Of a stretch of 64,000 bases of DNA, positions 27,990 through 41,671 are shown piece after piece. This DNA is from Octopus vulgaris (lineage: Eukaryota): positions 15,934,001 through 15,998,000 of the forward strand of contig OX597834.1 of the NCBI GenBank assembly GCA_951406725.2, read 5' to 3'. The notes beneath the pieces were generated by a model. That model did not search any database, was not told where the DNA came from, and saw nothing but the letters and a program-made list of their open reading frames with translations. The position numbers and the translations under genes are program-made. The number at the start of each line of letters is the position of its first letter. The stretch's first letter is position 1.

Positions 27990-28970
27990 TACTTTGTTGA
28001 TCAACCTATTAAATATTGCTCATGAATTTAGCCAAGGTACCAAAAATGAGTGTGGAATTAGACGAATGTTTTAAAGCTTTTAGAAGAAGGATCAAATTAA
28101 TTAAAACTGGGAATACTGAATGCGATGCAGGGACCAAAATAGGAGAATTAGACAAGAGCCATTCATACAAATATTTAGGAATCGATGAAATTGTTAAGAT
28201 ACAAAACACCTAAAGGAAGGAAAAAATTAGAAATGGGTGCCACAAAAGAGTCAGAATAATATTAAAAATTGAACTGAATTCTAGAAGTAATATGACAGGT
28301 ATGAACTCATTAGCCATTCCAGTTATAAACTACAGTCTCAGTGTAGCGAACACAAAGTGAATTGAAGAGCTTAGGCAGAAAAATTACTAAACTTCTGACA
28401 GTGTTTCAAAGCTAACGCCTTAAAGCTGATAGAGATAGAATGCACAACACAGGAGAAGGACAGCTGTGGTGGAAATAGAAAACTAATACAATGTAAGAGC
28501 AATGAGACTAGGAGAATGCTTTAGAAGTAAGCAAAGGGAAACTTATTAGAATGATAAGGAAACATAAAGAAAACAAATATAAACTTTGGCTCTTGTACCG
28601 AGCAAAATGAAAACTGGAAAACTAGCCATAGTGATGAAAGAGATTTAGATAAGGAAAAAAAAAAAAACCATTAGAAAAGTTTTTAAAAAAATAGAAAACA
28701 AAAGTTATCAAAAGAGAATTTAGAAAATACTGAAGAAAAATTGGAGAGGAAAAAACGCTCCATGGCCAATAAGCAATGAAACTCTTTTGACAAGAAATAC
28801 ATCAGAGTAAAACCCATCAATGGTTATTATGGTTACACTAGACCAATGCCAAGCTGAAATAATTTACAAAAGCAAAATAAAAACAAAGAGAGATGCCAAC
28901 ATCAACTGCAGACCATGAGGTGATTGACCACATCATTTCCAAGTACTCGGTTTTTGCTATATCCAAATAT
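27990..28970 (+). mobile_element. Degenerate R4/Dong-like non-LTR retrotransposon fragment
   Basis: Motifs SYKYLGI, KRVRIILK.ELN, MNSLAIPVINYS, TLHGQ and IDHIIS in collinear order, with stops and frameshifts. Confidence 0.65.
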
Positions 28971-29331
28971 ATGTTTCTTTATTACCCACAAGGGGCTAAA
29001 CATAGAGGGGACAAACAAGGACAGACAAGCAAATTAAGTCGATTACATCGACCCCAGTGCGTAACTGGTACTTAATTTATCGACCTCAAAAAGATGAAGG
29101 GCAAAGTCGACCTCGGCAGAATTTGAGCCCAGAATGTAACTGCAGACGAAATACGGCTACACATTTCGTCCGGCGTGCTAACATTTCTGCCAGCTCACTA
29201 AATCCAAATATATTCTACCAAGTGGCCACAACTGAGAGTCATTCCACCATACAGCACCAGCAACCTTTGCTCCCGTTAGTTTAGGTAGGCTCCTAATTTC
29301 ATTATGTATGTGTATGCATGCCAATAATGTA

Positions 29332-29580
29332 GAGGCGCGTGGCTTAGTGGTTAAGGGTGTCAGCATCATGATCGTAAGATTGTGGTTTCGATTCCTGGAC
29401 CGGGCGATGCATTGTGTTCTTGAGCAAAACACTTCATTTCACGTTGCCCCAGTCCACTCAGCTGGCAAAAATGAGTAACGCTGCAATGGACTGGCGTCCC
29501 GTCCAGCTGGGGAACACATACACCATTGAAACCGGGAAACTGGGCCCATGAGCCTGGCTAGGTTTTAAAAGGGTGCATTT
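29332..29580 (+). mobile_element. tRNA-derived SINE family D
   Basis: gaggcgcgtggcttagtggttaag...ggtttcgattcc head and ttcttgagcaaaacacttcattt core; near-identical inverted copy at 37134-37385; relatives at 38112-38452, 47860-48268 and 51241-51545. Confidence 0.8.
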
Positions 29581-30224
29581 ATTTATTATTTTATGTATGC
29601 CAATAATATCTCTGTCAGTGATAGGCCTTTGCACTCTATTAGGATATAGAAGTCGAGAAGTTACCCAAAATTAACATCTGACATGGCCTGGTGTTCAGGA
29701 CAGTGACAGTGGTCAACAAAAACTGTCCTAAACTGAGCAACAATTGCAAAGATGGGAGGAATACCTCCAGAGATTTTCCCTTTGGTTTTGTGCTCATGCT
29801 ATTAGATGCTTTCAACCTTCATGAGAAGTCTTGTGCAAAGACAATCAAGGTAATCTTGAAATTCTTTGCTAATAGTCTGGGTTTCAGCTCCATAGAGAAG
29901 AATACTCTCTACCCATGTCTTGGAGACAGCTAGCTTTGTTGACACTGAAATACCCAATTGTCAGTTGCAAGGAAGCTTATTACAGACACTCCAGGCTTAT
30001 CCTTAAACACCATCATCATTTAATGCTCATTTTCCATGCTGGCATGGGTTAGATGGCTCGACAGGAGCTGGCAGGGGCAGCACCAGATTCCATAGTCTGT
30101 TTTGGCTTGCTTTCTACAGCTGGATGCCCTCCCTAAGGCTAGCCACTCTACATAGTGTACTGGGTGCTTTTTTACGTGGCACCATTACTAGCAATCTTAT
30201 TGTTAGCAAGATAAGCCCCTAGGC

Positions 30225-30425
30225 CAGTGCTTTTCAAACTTTTTACTGGAGCGGAACCCCAAGGAAACATTCTACTGGCTCAAGGAACCTCTGTGCAATA
30301 ATTTAATAGTCTTATGCACACATATCTGCACAGGAGAATTAAAAATTACTGCCGATTTTAGCAGTTTTGTAACTTCTAGCGGAACCCCTAGACTGTACTG
30401 GCGGAACCCTGGTTGAAAACCACTG
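30225..30425 (+). mobile_element. hAT (Charlie-like) MITE, 201 bp
   Basis: TIRs cagtgcttttcaa / ttgaaaaccactg and exact 8-bp TSD ccctaggc at 30217-30224 and 30426-30433. Confidence 0.85.
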
Positions 30426-30728
30426 CCCTAGGCTCTTAAAGTTACTGACCTCTTTGAAATGTGTGCCATCATTTGGATAAATTGGCAAGTAGCTTTCATC
30501 TTCATTAATTCATTGATCGTTGCAATAATCTAAGAAACAGGTCCACACTGACAACAAAATCAAGAGAAAGCATCCAGATACAATTTGCAAAGACTGGAAT
30601 GAGGATGCTTTTGACCCCCCTTCTGACCAAAACATTACTCAGAAGAATGTGGAAAACGACGAGAGTAAAAAGACAAGGAAACTGAAAGAAGCAGAATGTG
30701 GAACACAAAAGTGAAAACAGTATCAATA

Positions 30729-31096
30729 ACAAGAACATTCAGAGAGCACAAACCTCCGCCAAGGCAACACTAACATCCTCTCAATGATTAGCCAGAGCTG
30801 ATTTTTAAAATGAGAATATCTGAAATAAATTTGACTGCTCTTGCAAATGACGATACTAAAAATGAACCCGACTGCTCTCAAAAATTAAGTAAAAAAAAAA
30901 AACGGAAAAATAATCCAGAATCCTTGTCCGGAATCAGATCAATCCCAAAATCTAATCAGTTTGTGCTGGTCACAGGGCCAAACATCCCTGAAAGTTTCAT
31001 CCAAATCCATCCAGCAGTTCTTGAGATATCTTGTCCATGGACAAACAAACACGACTGAAAACAACATCTCCACCTTCACAAAGGCACAGGCAATAA
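30729..31096 (-). mobile_element. Helentron-associated (HINE/DINE-like) element
   Basis: Subterminal cctccgccaagg motif, short terminal hairpin and gatatctcaagaac...ggatggatttggatgaaacttt core typical of this class. Confidence 0.45.
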
Positions 31097-31421
31097 TTGG
31101 AACACTAGGAATGATAAGAAGGATATATGAGCAAAAACAGACCAGACTAGGACTCCCATATTACACGAAATAAACAAGACAGCTCTGTGAGAGAGAGCCT
31201 ACATTCTATGTAACTCTGCTCACAACTGATTACAATAAAGCCATTCACAGACCCATTCAAGCTCTGGTCTACAAACATGCCCTCCCCAACTCTCTGTCTT
31301 TTCTACAGCTACTGTAATGGCCTCTGCTCCTTTGAGCAGGTCAGGCTCATGCCATCTTTTGTCTAGGTATTCCCAATCCACTTGTCTCCCATCTTCTCAC
31401 CACCCTTATTGTTGAGTTTAA

Positions 31422-31642
31422 CCCTTTCGTTACCAACCCGGCTGAAACCGGCTCTGGTTCTGAGTACAAATGTCTTGTTTTCATTAAGTTTTGAATTAAA
31501 ATCTTCCACCAAACCTTAGTCACAATTTATGTTCCTAACACTAGCTGAATAATAACTAAGTTATTTTATTAAATTCTTTGTTATATTTGAAGTAATAGAA
31601 AGAAACACAAAGCATTTCAAAATAAATACAGTAACGAAAGGG
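31422..31642 (+). mobile_element. piggyBac-type MITE, 221 bp
   Basis: TTAA on both sides; TIR ccctttcgttac / gtaacgaaaggg. Confidence 0.8.
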
Positions 31643-32516
31643 TTAAACCCTACATTAATCACTAGACCCACAGCTTCTTGCCCAAAATGTCAGCTCTCTC
31701 TGCATGAGATTCTTTACCTGCTCATATTTTTCCTTTAGTATTTTTTGGGGACTTTGAAGGCATCCAATGTCTTCAGTCTGAGAACACTTGTAAAAAACCA
31801 CAAGCACATGCCTTTCCTCCAGACGTAGCACAATAATAAAGAAATATATCTTATGACTGGCTTGACTGGCTTCTGTGCCGGTGGCACGTAAAAAGCACCA
31901 TCCAAACGTGGCCGATGCCAGCGCCGCCTTGACTGGCTTCCGTGCCGGTGGCACGTTAAAAGCACCAACCGATCGTGACTGCTGCCAGCCTCTCCTGGCA
32001 CCTGTGCTGGTGAAACGTAAAAAGCACCCACCACACTCACGGAGTGGTTGGCGTTAGGAAGGGAATCCAGCTGTAGAAACACTGCCAGATCAGACTGGAG
32101 CCTGGTGCAGCAGCCTCCTGGCTTCCCAGTCCCCGGTCGAATTCTCCAACCCATGCTAGCACGGAAAACGGACGTTAAACGATGATGATGATACCCTCTA
32201 CAATATTCTGCTAGTAAAATAAAATTCACACATCAATTCTAACGGAATGACTATCAAACATGACAGAAAACATACCTCTATGCAGTCACTACTAAAGAAA
32301 ATAAACGTATATACTCCTGCAGGAGCTGGTGGCTGGTACAACAACACTTGGCAATGTAACACACATGTTCTACAATCACCATCCAACACTGACCATCCAA
32401 CCATGTGACACAACTCACACAGCACATATTCTACATAACAGACTGAACACTAGACTAACACCAGAAACAACAAAACAAACTCCCACAGACAATATATATA
32501 TGTATATATATGCATA

Positions 32517-32570
<54 letters not shown>

Positions 32571-32823
32571 TGAATATATATATGTGTGTGTGTGCGTGTT
32601 TATTTTTTACACTTTGGTTTTTTGCTGAGTTTTTTCTTGAGAACACATTCTTTGTGGAAAATAGCGATTTTGATGTCTATATCTAGCATGTTGACCATCC
32701 ACTTTTAGTGGTCAGTCCTTTAAATTTTGTATGTAAAAAATATTTTAATCTTCAGATTTTTTAAAATAATATGATAGGCCACTGGTTTTGATTGATTAAT
32801 ATCAATTTCTACCCTTATTCAAT

Positions 32824-32919
<96 letters not shown>

Positions 32920-33051
32920 CATATATCTCTTATGATAATATATATATATTGATAAAAATGGTAAGACAACAAAAGAAAGAAAGAAGGACCTCGATATTAT
33001 GTAAATAGAGGAATTTATCTGTAAATGTAATATGTGACAATTATTCGGTAG

Positions 33052-33119
33052 CCATGATAAAACTCTGAGTTTCGGATGCTGAGGTGGAAAATCACGCCGC
33101 CATCTCTTCAGTTATCTGG
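33052..33119 (-). ncRNA. Type I hammerhead ribozyme motif, canonical core
   Basis: Minus strand ccagataa CTGAAGA gatg...catcc GAAA ctcagag TT ttatcatgg; the inverted copy on + at 33161-33228 has a C3U change (TTGAAGA). Confidence 0.65.
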
Positions 33120-33426
33120 TCATTGGAAAAATGCCTCAGTTATCTGGCAATTTCCGATGGCCGGATAATTGAAGAGATGGAGGCATGGATTTCCACCTCG
33201 GCATCCGAAACTCGGAGTTTTATCATGGCTACCGAATAATTGTCACATATTACATTTACATATATATATATATACATATATATATATATCTATATACACA
33301 CAATTTTGCATTCTTGAAAGACAACACTACACACATCTCAGGAACATGGTGGGGCAGTAGAAACTCACATAAAACTACTGAAAACATGGTGGTGGTGGTG
33401 GTGGCGGCGGCGGCGGTGGTGGTAGC

Positions 33427-33472
<46 letters not shown>

Positions 33473-33494
33473 ATAATGATAATAATACGGAATT

Positions 33495-33570
33495 GACAAG
33501 AGAACAGAGCAAGCCCAAAAAAGTGCTCTGCTGGGGACAGCTAGGATTCTGAAATTGGTACTTGGGTGTG
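33495..33570 (+). mobile_element. R4-like LINE C-terminal remnant
   Basis: Translates QAQKSALLGTARILKLVL, matching the QKxxLLGTAxILRxVL end motif of restriction-like-endonuclease LINEs. Confidence 0.55.
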
Positions 33571-34551
33571 TTGAATGTCTTACACAATAATTAACAACCA
33601 ATTATCAAAGCTTATAATGTGCGGAAAGAGACCCTTTGAGACATCTGACGATAGGTTGCTGTACGTTCTCACAGAATCAACCAGAGCAAACAAGACCAAG
33701 AACTCTGAGAATTAAAACAATAATAAATATCTCATGCAACAACAGTCACTGGTTCTCATGGCTTTTGCTCTTAACTGACTGGAAGTGTCATCATGTACAT
33801 TGTTTTGTCTTGGTATAAAAAGAAGGGCTACAGAAAATATTCTGCTCAATACCACACATTTACTTCTCAGTTGTTTGACCGTAACCAGTTGAGCATGTCC
33901 CTTACTGGCTGACAATATGTGCATCACTGATAATGAACAGAAGTAGTGGGGGAACATCATAGTCATGTGTTGAGAGGAATTCTTTGGGGTTTGGATAATT
34001 CACCTCTGGAAGCATGGGTGTTTCGTTCAACATCCTAAAACCTTATTCAGGGACCTTTTGAGCAGGATGGGCTACTCAACTTGAAGAAAATTTTAACTGG
34101 GCTCTACCTGCAAGATCATGTGCTACTTATCTTGATAATGAGATCACCATGCCACACACGTATGGCTGTGATGTATATGCCTGGTGTGCCCTTATCAGAC
34201 AGGTAGTCATGATAGGTATACTGTATATCTGTACTCCAGTGTCACTCTGATGCCATGCACTGCTCTCACACTCAATATTAATAATAATAATAATAATAAT
34301 AATAATGATAATAATAATAATAATTTATAATAATAATGATGGACTCTCCCATCAAAGATGCACCGTATACTACATGACAGGTGTTGAAGTGATCATAGGG
34401 CAACATGAGATGAAGTGTCTTGCTCAAGAACACAACACACTACGCGTCTAGGAATTGAAATCACGATGTGGCATGTGATGACTTACTCTATCTCACTTCA
34501 GAAGAGTAATACATATTCAAATAGTCACGTTTTTTTCTTATTTTTTTTTTT

Positions 34552-34739
34552 TTACTTGTTTCAGTCATGTGACTGAGGCCATGCTGGAGCACCGCCTTTA
34601 GTCGAGGAAATCGACCCCAGGACTTATTCTTTGTAAGCCTAGTACTTATTCTATCAGTCTGTTTTGCCAAACCGCTAAGTCACAGGGGCGTAAACACACC
34701 AGCATCGGTTGTCAAGCGATGTTGGGGGAACAAACATAT

Positions 34740-34794
<55 letters not shown>

Positions 34795-34939
34795 TACGAC
34801 GGGCTTCTTTCACTCACAAGGCTTTGGTTGGTCTGAGGCTATAGTAGAAGACACTTGCCCAAGGTGCCACGCAGTGGGACTGAACCCGGAACCATGTAGT
34901 TGGTAAGCAAGCTACTTACCACACAGCCACTCCTACACC
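34552..34939 (-). mobile_element. SINE family A
   Basis: Reverse-complement match with a small internal deletion. Confidence 0.85.
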
Positions 34940-35529
34940 TATAGCTTTACTGCTGAAATAATCTGTAATATTCTACATTCGTACATGGAAAAAAATATAT
35001 AAGCGTCTACCAAGACACGGTACCAGTTTATCACCGATAATATTCTCAGACAATCTGATACTGCTACCAACTGATTTTTTTTTAACAGAAACAAAGAAGA
35101 ATATAGGCTCAAAAAAAAAAGGAAGAAAAAGGAAAAAATGCAGGTATTAAGTTAGAACTCACAAACTGATTGTTTACTGCTCACCTGTAACTATATCCAC
35201 TCAGCTATTTCAAATTCGGAAAACAAATGTGTAAAATTAATAGAAAATGACTTGTATTTATTACTTTTTCTTGTTCCAGAGAAGTGAGTCTCTGCACTGT
35301 GAACCAAATAAAATTCATATCCGTCTCTATTTAATTCAACATTTCACACACGTTGATGGTCTTTATCTTTCATTGCTTCTAACTACTCGGCTGTGACCGG
35401 GCTCTCTTAAAGTTTTCATTTTCGTTTATTTACCCAACTGTTTGTTGGCCAATGCAAGATATTCTTTGAATCCAAGAAATCAAACTTCACTATCTGTCTA
35501 TTTCTTATTTCTTTACTACCCACAAGGGG

Positions 35530-35592
<63 letters not shown>

Positions 35593-38500
35593 GTAATTAT
35601 ATAAAGTCAAAGTACAGTTAGACAGCATTTTAATCACTACAAATGTTTCGATATATACAAATCCATGTATATATAGGATTTAAAGTTAATTTTGAATTTA
35701 AATGAAATTATGTAACGATTTTCACACAAATACCTATTTCTTTACTACCCACAAGAGGCTAAACATAGAGGGGACAAACAAAGACAGACAAACGGATTAA
35801 GTCGACTATATTGACCCCAGTGCGTAACTGGTACTTATTTAATCGACCCCGAAAGGATGAAAGGCAAAGTCGACCTCGGCGGAATTTGAACTCAGAACGT
35901 AGCGGCTGACAAAATACCTATTTCTTTACTACACACAAGGGGCTAAACATAGAGAGGACAAACAAGGACAAACAAACGGATTAAGTCAATTATATTGACC
36001 CCAGTGCGTAACTGGTACTTATTTAATCGACCCCGAAAGGATAAAAGGCAAAGTCGACCTCGGCGGAATTTGAACTCAGAACGTAACGGCAGACGGAATA
36101 CCGCTAAGCATTTCACCCGGCATGCTAATGTTTCTGCTAGCTTGCCACCTTGTCTATTTCTACTAGCATGAAGGCACTTGGCTTAGTGATTAGGACAATC
36201 AGCATACAATCGTAAGGTTGGGAGTTCAATTCTCGGCGGCACTTTGTGTCCTTGAGCAAGACACTTTATTTCATGTTGCTCCAGCTGGCAAAAACGATTC
36301 GTATCAGTAATTCAATGGGCCAGCCTTGTCGCATTCCGTGTCACACTGAATCTCCCCGAGTACTACATTAACCCTTTTGTTACTGTATTTCTGTTGAGAT
36401 GCTCTGTGTTTCTTTCAATTACTTTAAATATAACAAAGAATTTAGTAAAATAACACAGTCGTCATTCATCTAGTATTAGGAACATAAATTGCGACTAAGA
36501 TTTGGTGGAAGATTTTAATTCAAAACGTATGAAAATAAGACATTTAAACTCAGAGCCAGAGCCAGTTTTGGCCAGGTTGGTAACGAAAGGGTTAAGGGTA
36601 TGCAAGTCTGTGGAGTACTCAGCCACTTGCATATTAATCTCACAAGTAGGCTGTTCCATTGATCAGATCACAGACCACCAGTTATTCTACTTCTGCTTCT
36701 GCCAGCTATGCAAGGACAGCGTACTTCTGGGGCCTTGTTCAACATTATAGCATTGCCCCTTTGCTCTCTCCCTCTCTCTCTCTAGTTTGCCCTAGTACCA
36801 GTGAAGTGACAGTAAGGTATTTTCAGTGCCTTGTTCAAGAATGTAATATAACCCCGAGCTACAGCTTGTTTTGGTGCCAATTAAGTCAGTACCTTGTTCA
36901 AGAATATAATAATAATAAATGCACCCTTTTAAAGCCTTTGCCAGCTGAGTGGACTGGAGCAACGTGAAATAAAGTGTCTTGCTCAAGAACACAACATTTT
37001 ACTGGAATTGAACTCCTGACCTTACAATTGTGAACCACTAAGCAACACGCCTTCACTACTATGCTATACTGCATTGTACTGTACTATCCTACAATCCTGT
37101 GTACTACTGTACTGTTCACTATAATAATAATAATAAATGTGCCCTTTAAAGCCTAGCCAGGCTCATGGGCCCGGTTTCCCGGTTTCTATGGCGTATGTGT
37201 TCCCCAGCTGGACGGGACGCCAGTCCATCGCAGCGTTACTCATTTTTGCCAGCTGAGTGGACTGGAGCAATGTGAAATGAAGTGTTTTGCTCAAGAACAC
37301 AATGCGTCGCCCGGTCCAGGAATCGAAACCACAATCTTATGATCATGATGCTGACACCCTAACCACTAAGCCATGCACCTCCACTGTTCAAGAATATAGT
37401 GAAGCCAAATGAGCTCTAATTTGCTCAGGTGCCAGATATGTGAGGAGCATGGTATCAGTGCCTTGTTAAAGAAAACAGCAGAACCACAGTGATCCAGTAT
37501 GGTCACGTGCCAGATAAGTACAGACATTAGTGCCTTGCACATCAAGAAGATAGTGAAGCCACCTTACTTCAATTTGCTCTTATGCTGTTTAAACTGGCCA
37601 ATATCAGGTCCAAATATTCTACCTGTTATATGTTGGTAATGGCTAGATCCAGCCTCTCACACTTACCCTACAATGTCATTCTAAAAATGAACAGTCACAT
37701 CATTGGAATCTCGAAGCTATGAAGAAATTCATGATTAATTCAAAATAATGTGGATAAATAAGGATTCCATGTGACAGAGGAATCTGAATGCTAAATGGTT
37801 AAGTGAGGACAAGAATCAGGGTTTTATTCAAGAATATAGCAAAACCATTCTGCATTAATTTTCTTTGGGGTCAGTTTAAGGATCCAGCCACTGAGGTCAT
37901 ACAACTCTGCCGTATCATGACTGACTTATAAACAACTAGTACAACTGTTATTGTACAACCCCAGGTCAGCAGTGATGACTGAGAAGGCCTGAAGTCAAAT
38001 GTGGCCCAACTGTGACCGCCACATTTATTTCATTTATATATCTATTTATTTTTTGTTAAATCAAGTAATACATCTAATTTAATATGTCCTTTCTTCATTA
38101 AATGAAAGCACATGGCGCTGTGGTTGGAACATCAGGCTCACAATCGTGAGGTAGTGAGTTCGATTCCTGGACCGAGCTGCATGTTGGGTTCTTGAGCAAG
38201 ACACTTTATTTCACATTGCTCCAGTTCACTCAGCTGTAAAAATGGGTTGCGACATGATTGGTGCCAAGCTGTATCGGCCTTTGCCTTTCCCTTGGATAAC
38301 ATCGGTGGTATAGAGAGGGGAGGCTGGTATGCATGGACAACTGCTAGTCTTCCATAAAACAACCTTACCCGGACTTGTGCCTGGGAGGGTTAACTTTCTA
38401 GGTGCAATCCCATGCTCATTTATGACCAAAAGGGGTCTTTAGCCTTTACCCTTCTTTATTAAGATGATAGGATCACAGCTGTCTTAACAGATTTATATGT

Positions 38501-38960
38501 CACCAGGCAAAGCAATGCACGACAGCCCCCTACAATCACAAGCACAGCATATGTTGATTAGCATTGGGTCACTCAGATCCGTGGAACCCATTGACCTATA
38601 CAGTGTTACAGCAAAGAGAGAGAGATCATGAGCCTCCTTTGCACAAGAGACCAACACATTATGCACTTCCGGCTCAGTAAGACATGACAACAGACAGACT
38701 ACACTAATTAGTTAATAACTGAAACAACAAGAGGCGCAAGGACAGGGTGGTTAAGATGCTCGTCTACTAAACATGATGCTCAACATGCTTAAGACATCGA
38801 CATTACTTCTGGTCTCTTCACAACACAAAAACCGAGAAACCCTCCATCACTTTATCATCAAAGCGAACATGGCCCAGTGGTTAGAGCAGGGAAGCTGATT
38901 ACATTGATCCCAGTGCTGATTTGGTACCTATTTTATCAGCCCCTTAAGGATAGAAGACAT

Positions 38961-39365
38961 AGGCGCAGGAGTGGCTGTGTGGTAAGTAGCTTGCTAACCA
39001 ACCACATGGTTCCGGGTTCAGTCCCACTGCATGGCACCTTGGGCAAGTGTCTTCTGCTATAGCTTCGGGCCGACCAATGCCTTGTGAGTGGATTTGGTAG
39101 ATGGAAACTGAAAGAAGCCTGTTGTATATACATATATATATATATATATGTGTGTATGTGCGTGTCTGTGTTTGTCCCCCTAGCATTGCTTGACAACCGA
39201 TGCTGGTGTGTTTACGTCCCCCGTAACTTAGCGGTTCGGCAAAAGAGACGGATAGAATAAGTACTGGGCTTACAAAAGAATAAGTCCCGGGGTCGAGTTG
39301 CTCGACTAAAGGCAGTGCTCCAGCATGGCCACAGTCAAATGACTGAAACAAGTAAAAGAGAGTAA
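38961..39365 (+). mobile_element. SINE family A
   Basis: Full-length match. Confidence 0.85.
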
Positions 39366-39698
39366 AAAGAGTATAGTCAACCTCAGCAGCATTTGAACTC
39401 AGAATGTAAAGAGCTAGAAGTGTGCTAAGCATTTTTTTGTCAAGTGCAGCATCAACTCATACCAGCTTGCTTGCCTTAATAATAATGTTCTTATAACACA
39501 GCATAATAAACATTACATTCTTGTTATATAATAATTTTTGCGATATTGATTTCTAGCGTCAGCAAAGAGCCATCTATTTCAAGAGAGAGAACAACTGATA
39601 AGATCTTCACCAGTATTTGTCTGGTGTCTTAATTTTGCTTGCCCTGGAAGAATGACAGATAAGGTCAACCTTGGCAAGATTTGAACTCACTACATATA

Positions 39699-40470
39699 AA
39701 ATACCTATTTCTTTACTACCCACAAGGGGCTAAACACAGAGGGGACAAACAAGGACAGACAAACGGATTAAGTTCATTACATCGACCCCAGTGCGTAACT
39801 GGTACTTAATTTATCGACCCCGAAAGGATGAAAGGCAAAGTCGACCTCGGCAGAGTTTGAACTCAGAACGTAACGGCAGATGAAATACCTATTTCTTTAC
39901 TACCCACAAGGGGCTAAACACAGAGGGGACAAACAAGGACAGATTAAGTTCATTACATCGACCCCAGTGCGTAACTGGTACTTAATTTATCGACCCCGAA
40001 AGGATGAAAGGCAAAGTTGACCTCGGCGGAGTTTGAACTCAGAATGTAACGGCAGATGAAATACCTATTTCTTTACTACCCACAAGGGGCTAAACACAGA
40101 GGGGACAAACAAGGACAGATTAAGTTCATTACATCGACCCCAGTGCGTAACTGGTACTTAATTTATCGACCCCGAAAGGATGAAAGGCAAAGTTGACCTC
40201 GGCGGAGTTTGAACTCAGAACGTAACGGCAGATGAAATACCTATTTCTTTACTACCCACAAGGGGCTAAACACAGAGGGGACAAACAAGGACAAACACAT
40301 GGATTAAGTCGATTACATCGACCCCAGTGCGTAACTGGTACTTAATTTATCGACTCCGAAAGGATGAAAGGCAAAGTCGACCTCGGCGGAATTTGAACTC
40401 AGAACGTAGCATCAGATGAAATACGGCTACGCATTTCGCCCGGCATGCTAACGATTCTGCCAGCTCGCCA
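39699..40470 (-). repeat. Head-to-tail tetramer of SINE family B
   Basis: Units start at 39699, 39883, 40059 and 40235 (184/176/176 bp); only the last carries the 5' head. Confidence 0.9.
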
Positions 40471-41286
40471 CCCTATATTAAAATACCATAAATAAATTAT
40501 AGGCGCAGGTGTGGCTGTGTGGTAAGAAGCTTGCTTCCCAACCACATGGTTCTGGGTTCAGTCCCACTGCATGGCACCTTGGGCAAGTATCTTGACCAAA
40601 GCCTTGTGAGGGGATTTGGTAGATGGAAACTGAAAGAAGCCCATCATATATGTGTGTGTTTTGTGTGTTTTGAGTCTATGTTTGTCCCCTTACCATCAAC
40701 TGAAAACTGATGTTGGTGTGTTTATGTCCCCATCACTTAGCAGATCAGCAAAAGAGACCGATCGAGTAAGTACTAGGTTTACAAAGTGTAAGTCCCACGA
40801 TCGATTTCTGTGGCTTAAAAACCCTTTAATGCAATGCTCCAGCATGGCCATGCTCCACCAATTCTACCAATCCCCCAATTCTACCAATGTATGATATTAT
40901 AATACTGTACTGAACTGGCCCTATGGTTATAAATGAAACCTTACAGTAGCTTTGACTATGATTGGCTTTTCCAGAAGGGGCCCCTAAACCTGTTCATCTT
41001 GATTTGTCAGGCTCGCAAAATAAATAAACGAATAAAATAGCAAAATTTCGTTCAGTTTGTGTTTCATACCTGAGTAATTAGTGAGTAATGAGGAAGGTGA
41101 TTCGTACATCAGTAGAACAAACTGTTCCAAGAAAGAAAACCTCATCTGACTCGTATCAAGTTAGGGTTAGAGTAGAAAAAGTTGGAAAAGAACAAACGGA
41201 AAACACTTTTTTTTTAAAAACTTAAGAACAAGAGAGTGTGTGTGTGTGTACATAGAAGAATGTGTGCAAATATGAATATATATATA

Positions 41287-41670
41287 CTAGCAGTATCGCC
41301 CGGCGTTGCTCGGGTTTGTAAGGGAAATAACTATAAAGCATTTTTAGAGAGTTATAGCCAAAAAATAGCAAAAAAATGAGGAAAAAATTATGGTAAATTT
41401 TTTTTTGATAGTTAAAAAGGTCTAGTTGCGTCCCCTAGACCATCTGTGGTTTGTGTTTCTGATTGTCGACCCCATGTCGAATTTATCGATCTATTTCAGA
41501 ACTGGGGAAACTTTTCAAAATTTTCGCTGCGTTAGTTTTGAATTATGACATTGGGCTATGTGTGTGTCAAGTTTCATCAGAATCGGTTGAAAGCCGTGGT
41601 CAGAGTGAGGGTACGAGAAAACAGACACACAGAAAACGCACAGACAAACTGCCGTTTATATAGAGAGAGA
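41287..41670 (-). mobile_element. Non-autonomous Helitron sharing its 3' end with 22300-22695
   Basis: Identical ctagcagtatcgcccggcgttgctcgggtttgtaagggaaataactata terminus; TC start; A|T insertion site. Confidence 0.8.
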
Positions 41671-41671
41671 T

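Noticed and set aside
29332-29405. Apparent tRNA genes (also 38112, 51241, 24773)
   Set aside because: A/B boxes run directly into SINE bodies and the cloverleaf is degraded; these are SINE heads.
35630-35730. GAAA-catttg-TA half hammerhead on the minus strand
   Set aside because: The CUGANGA half is absent (region interrupted by a SINE).
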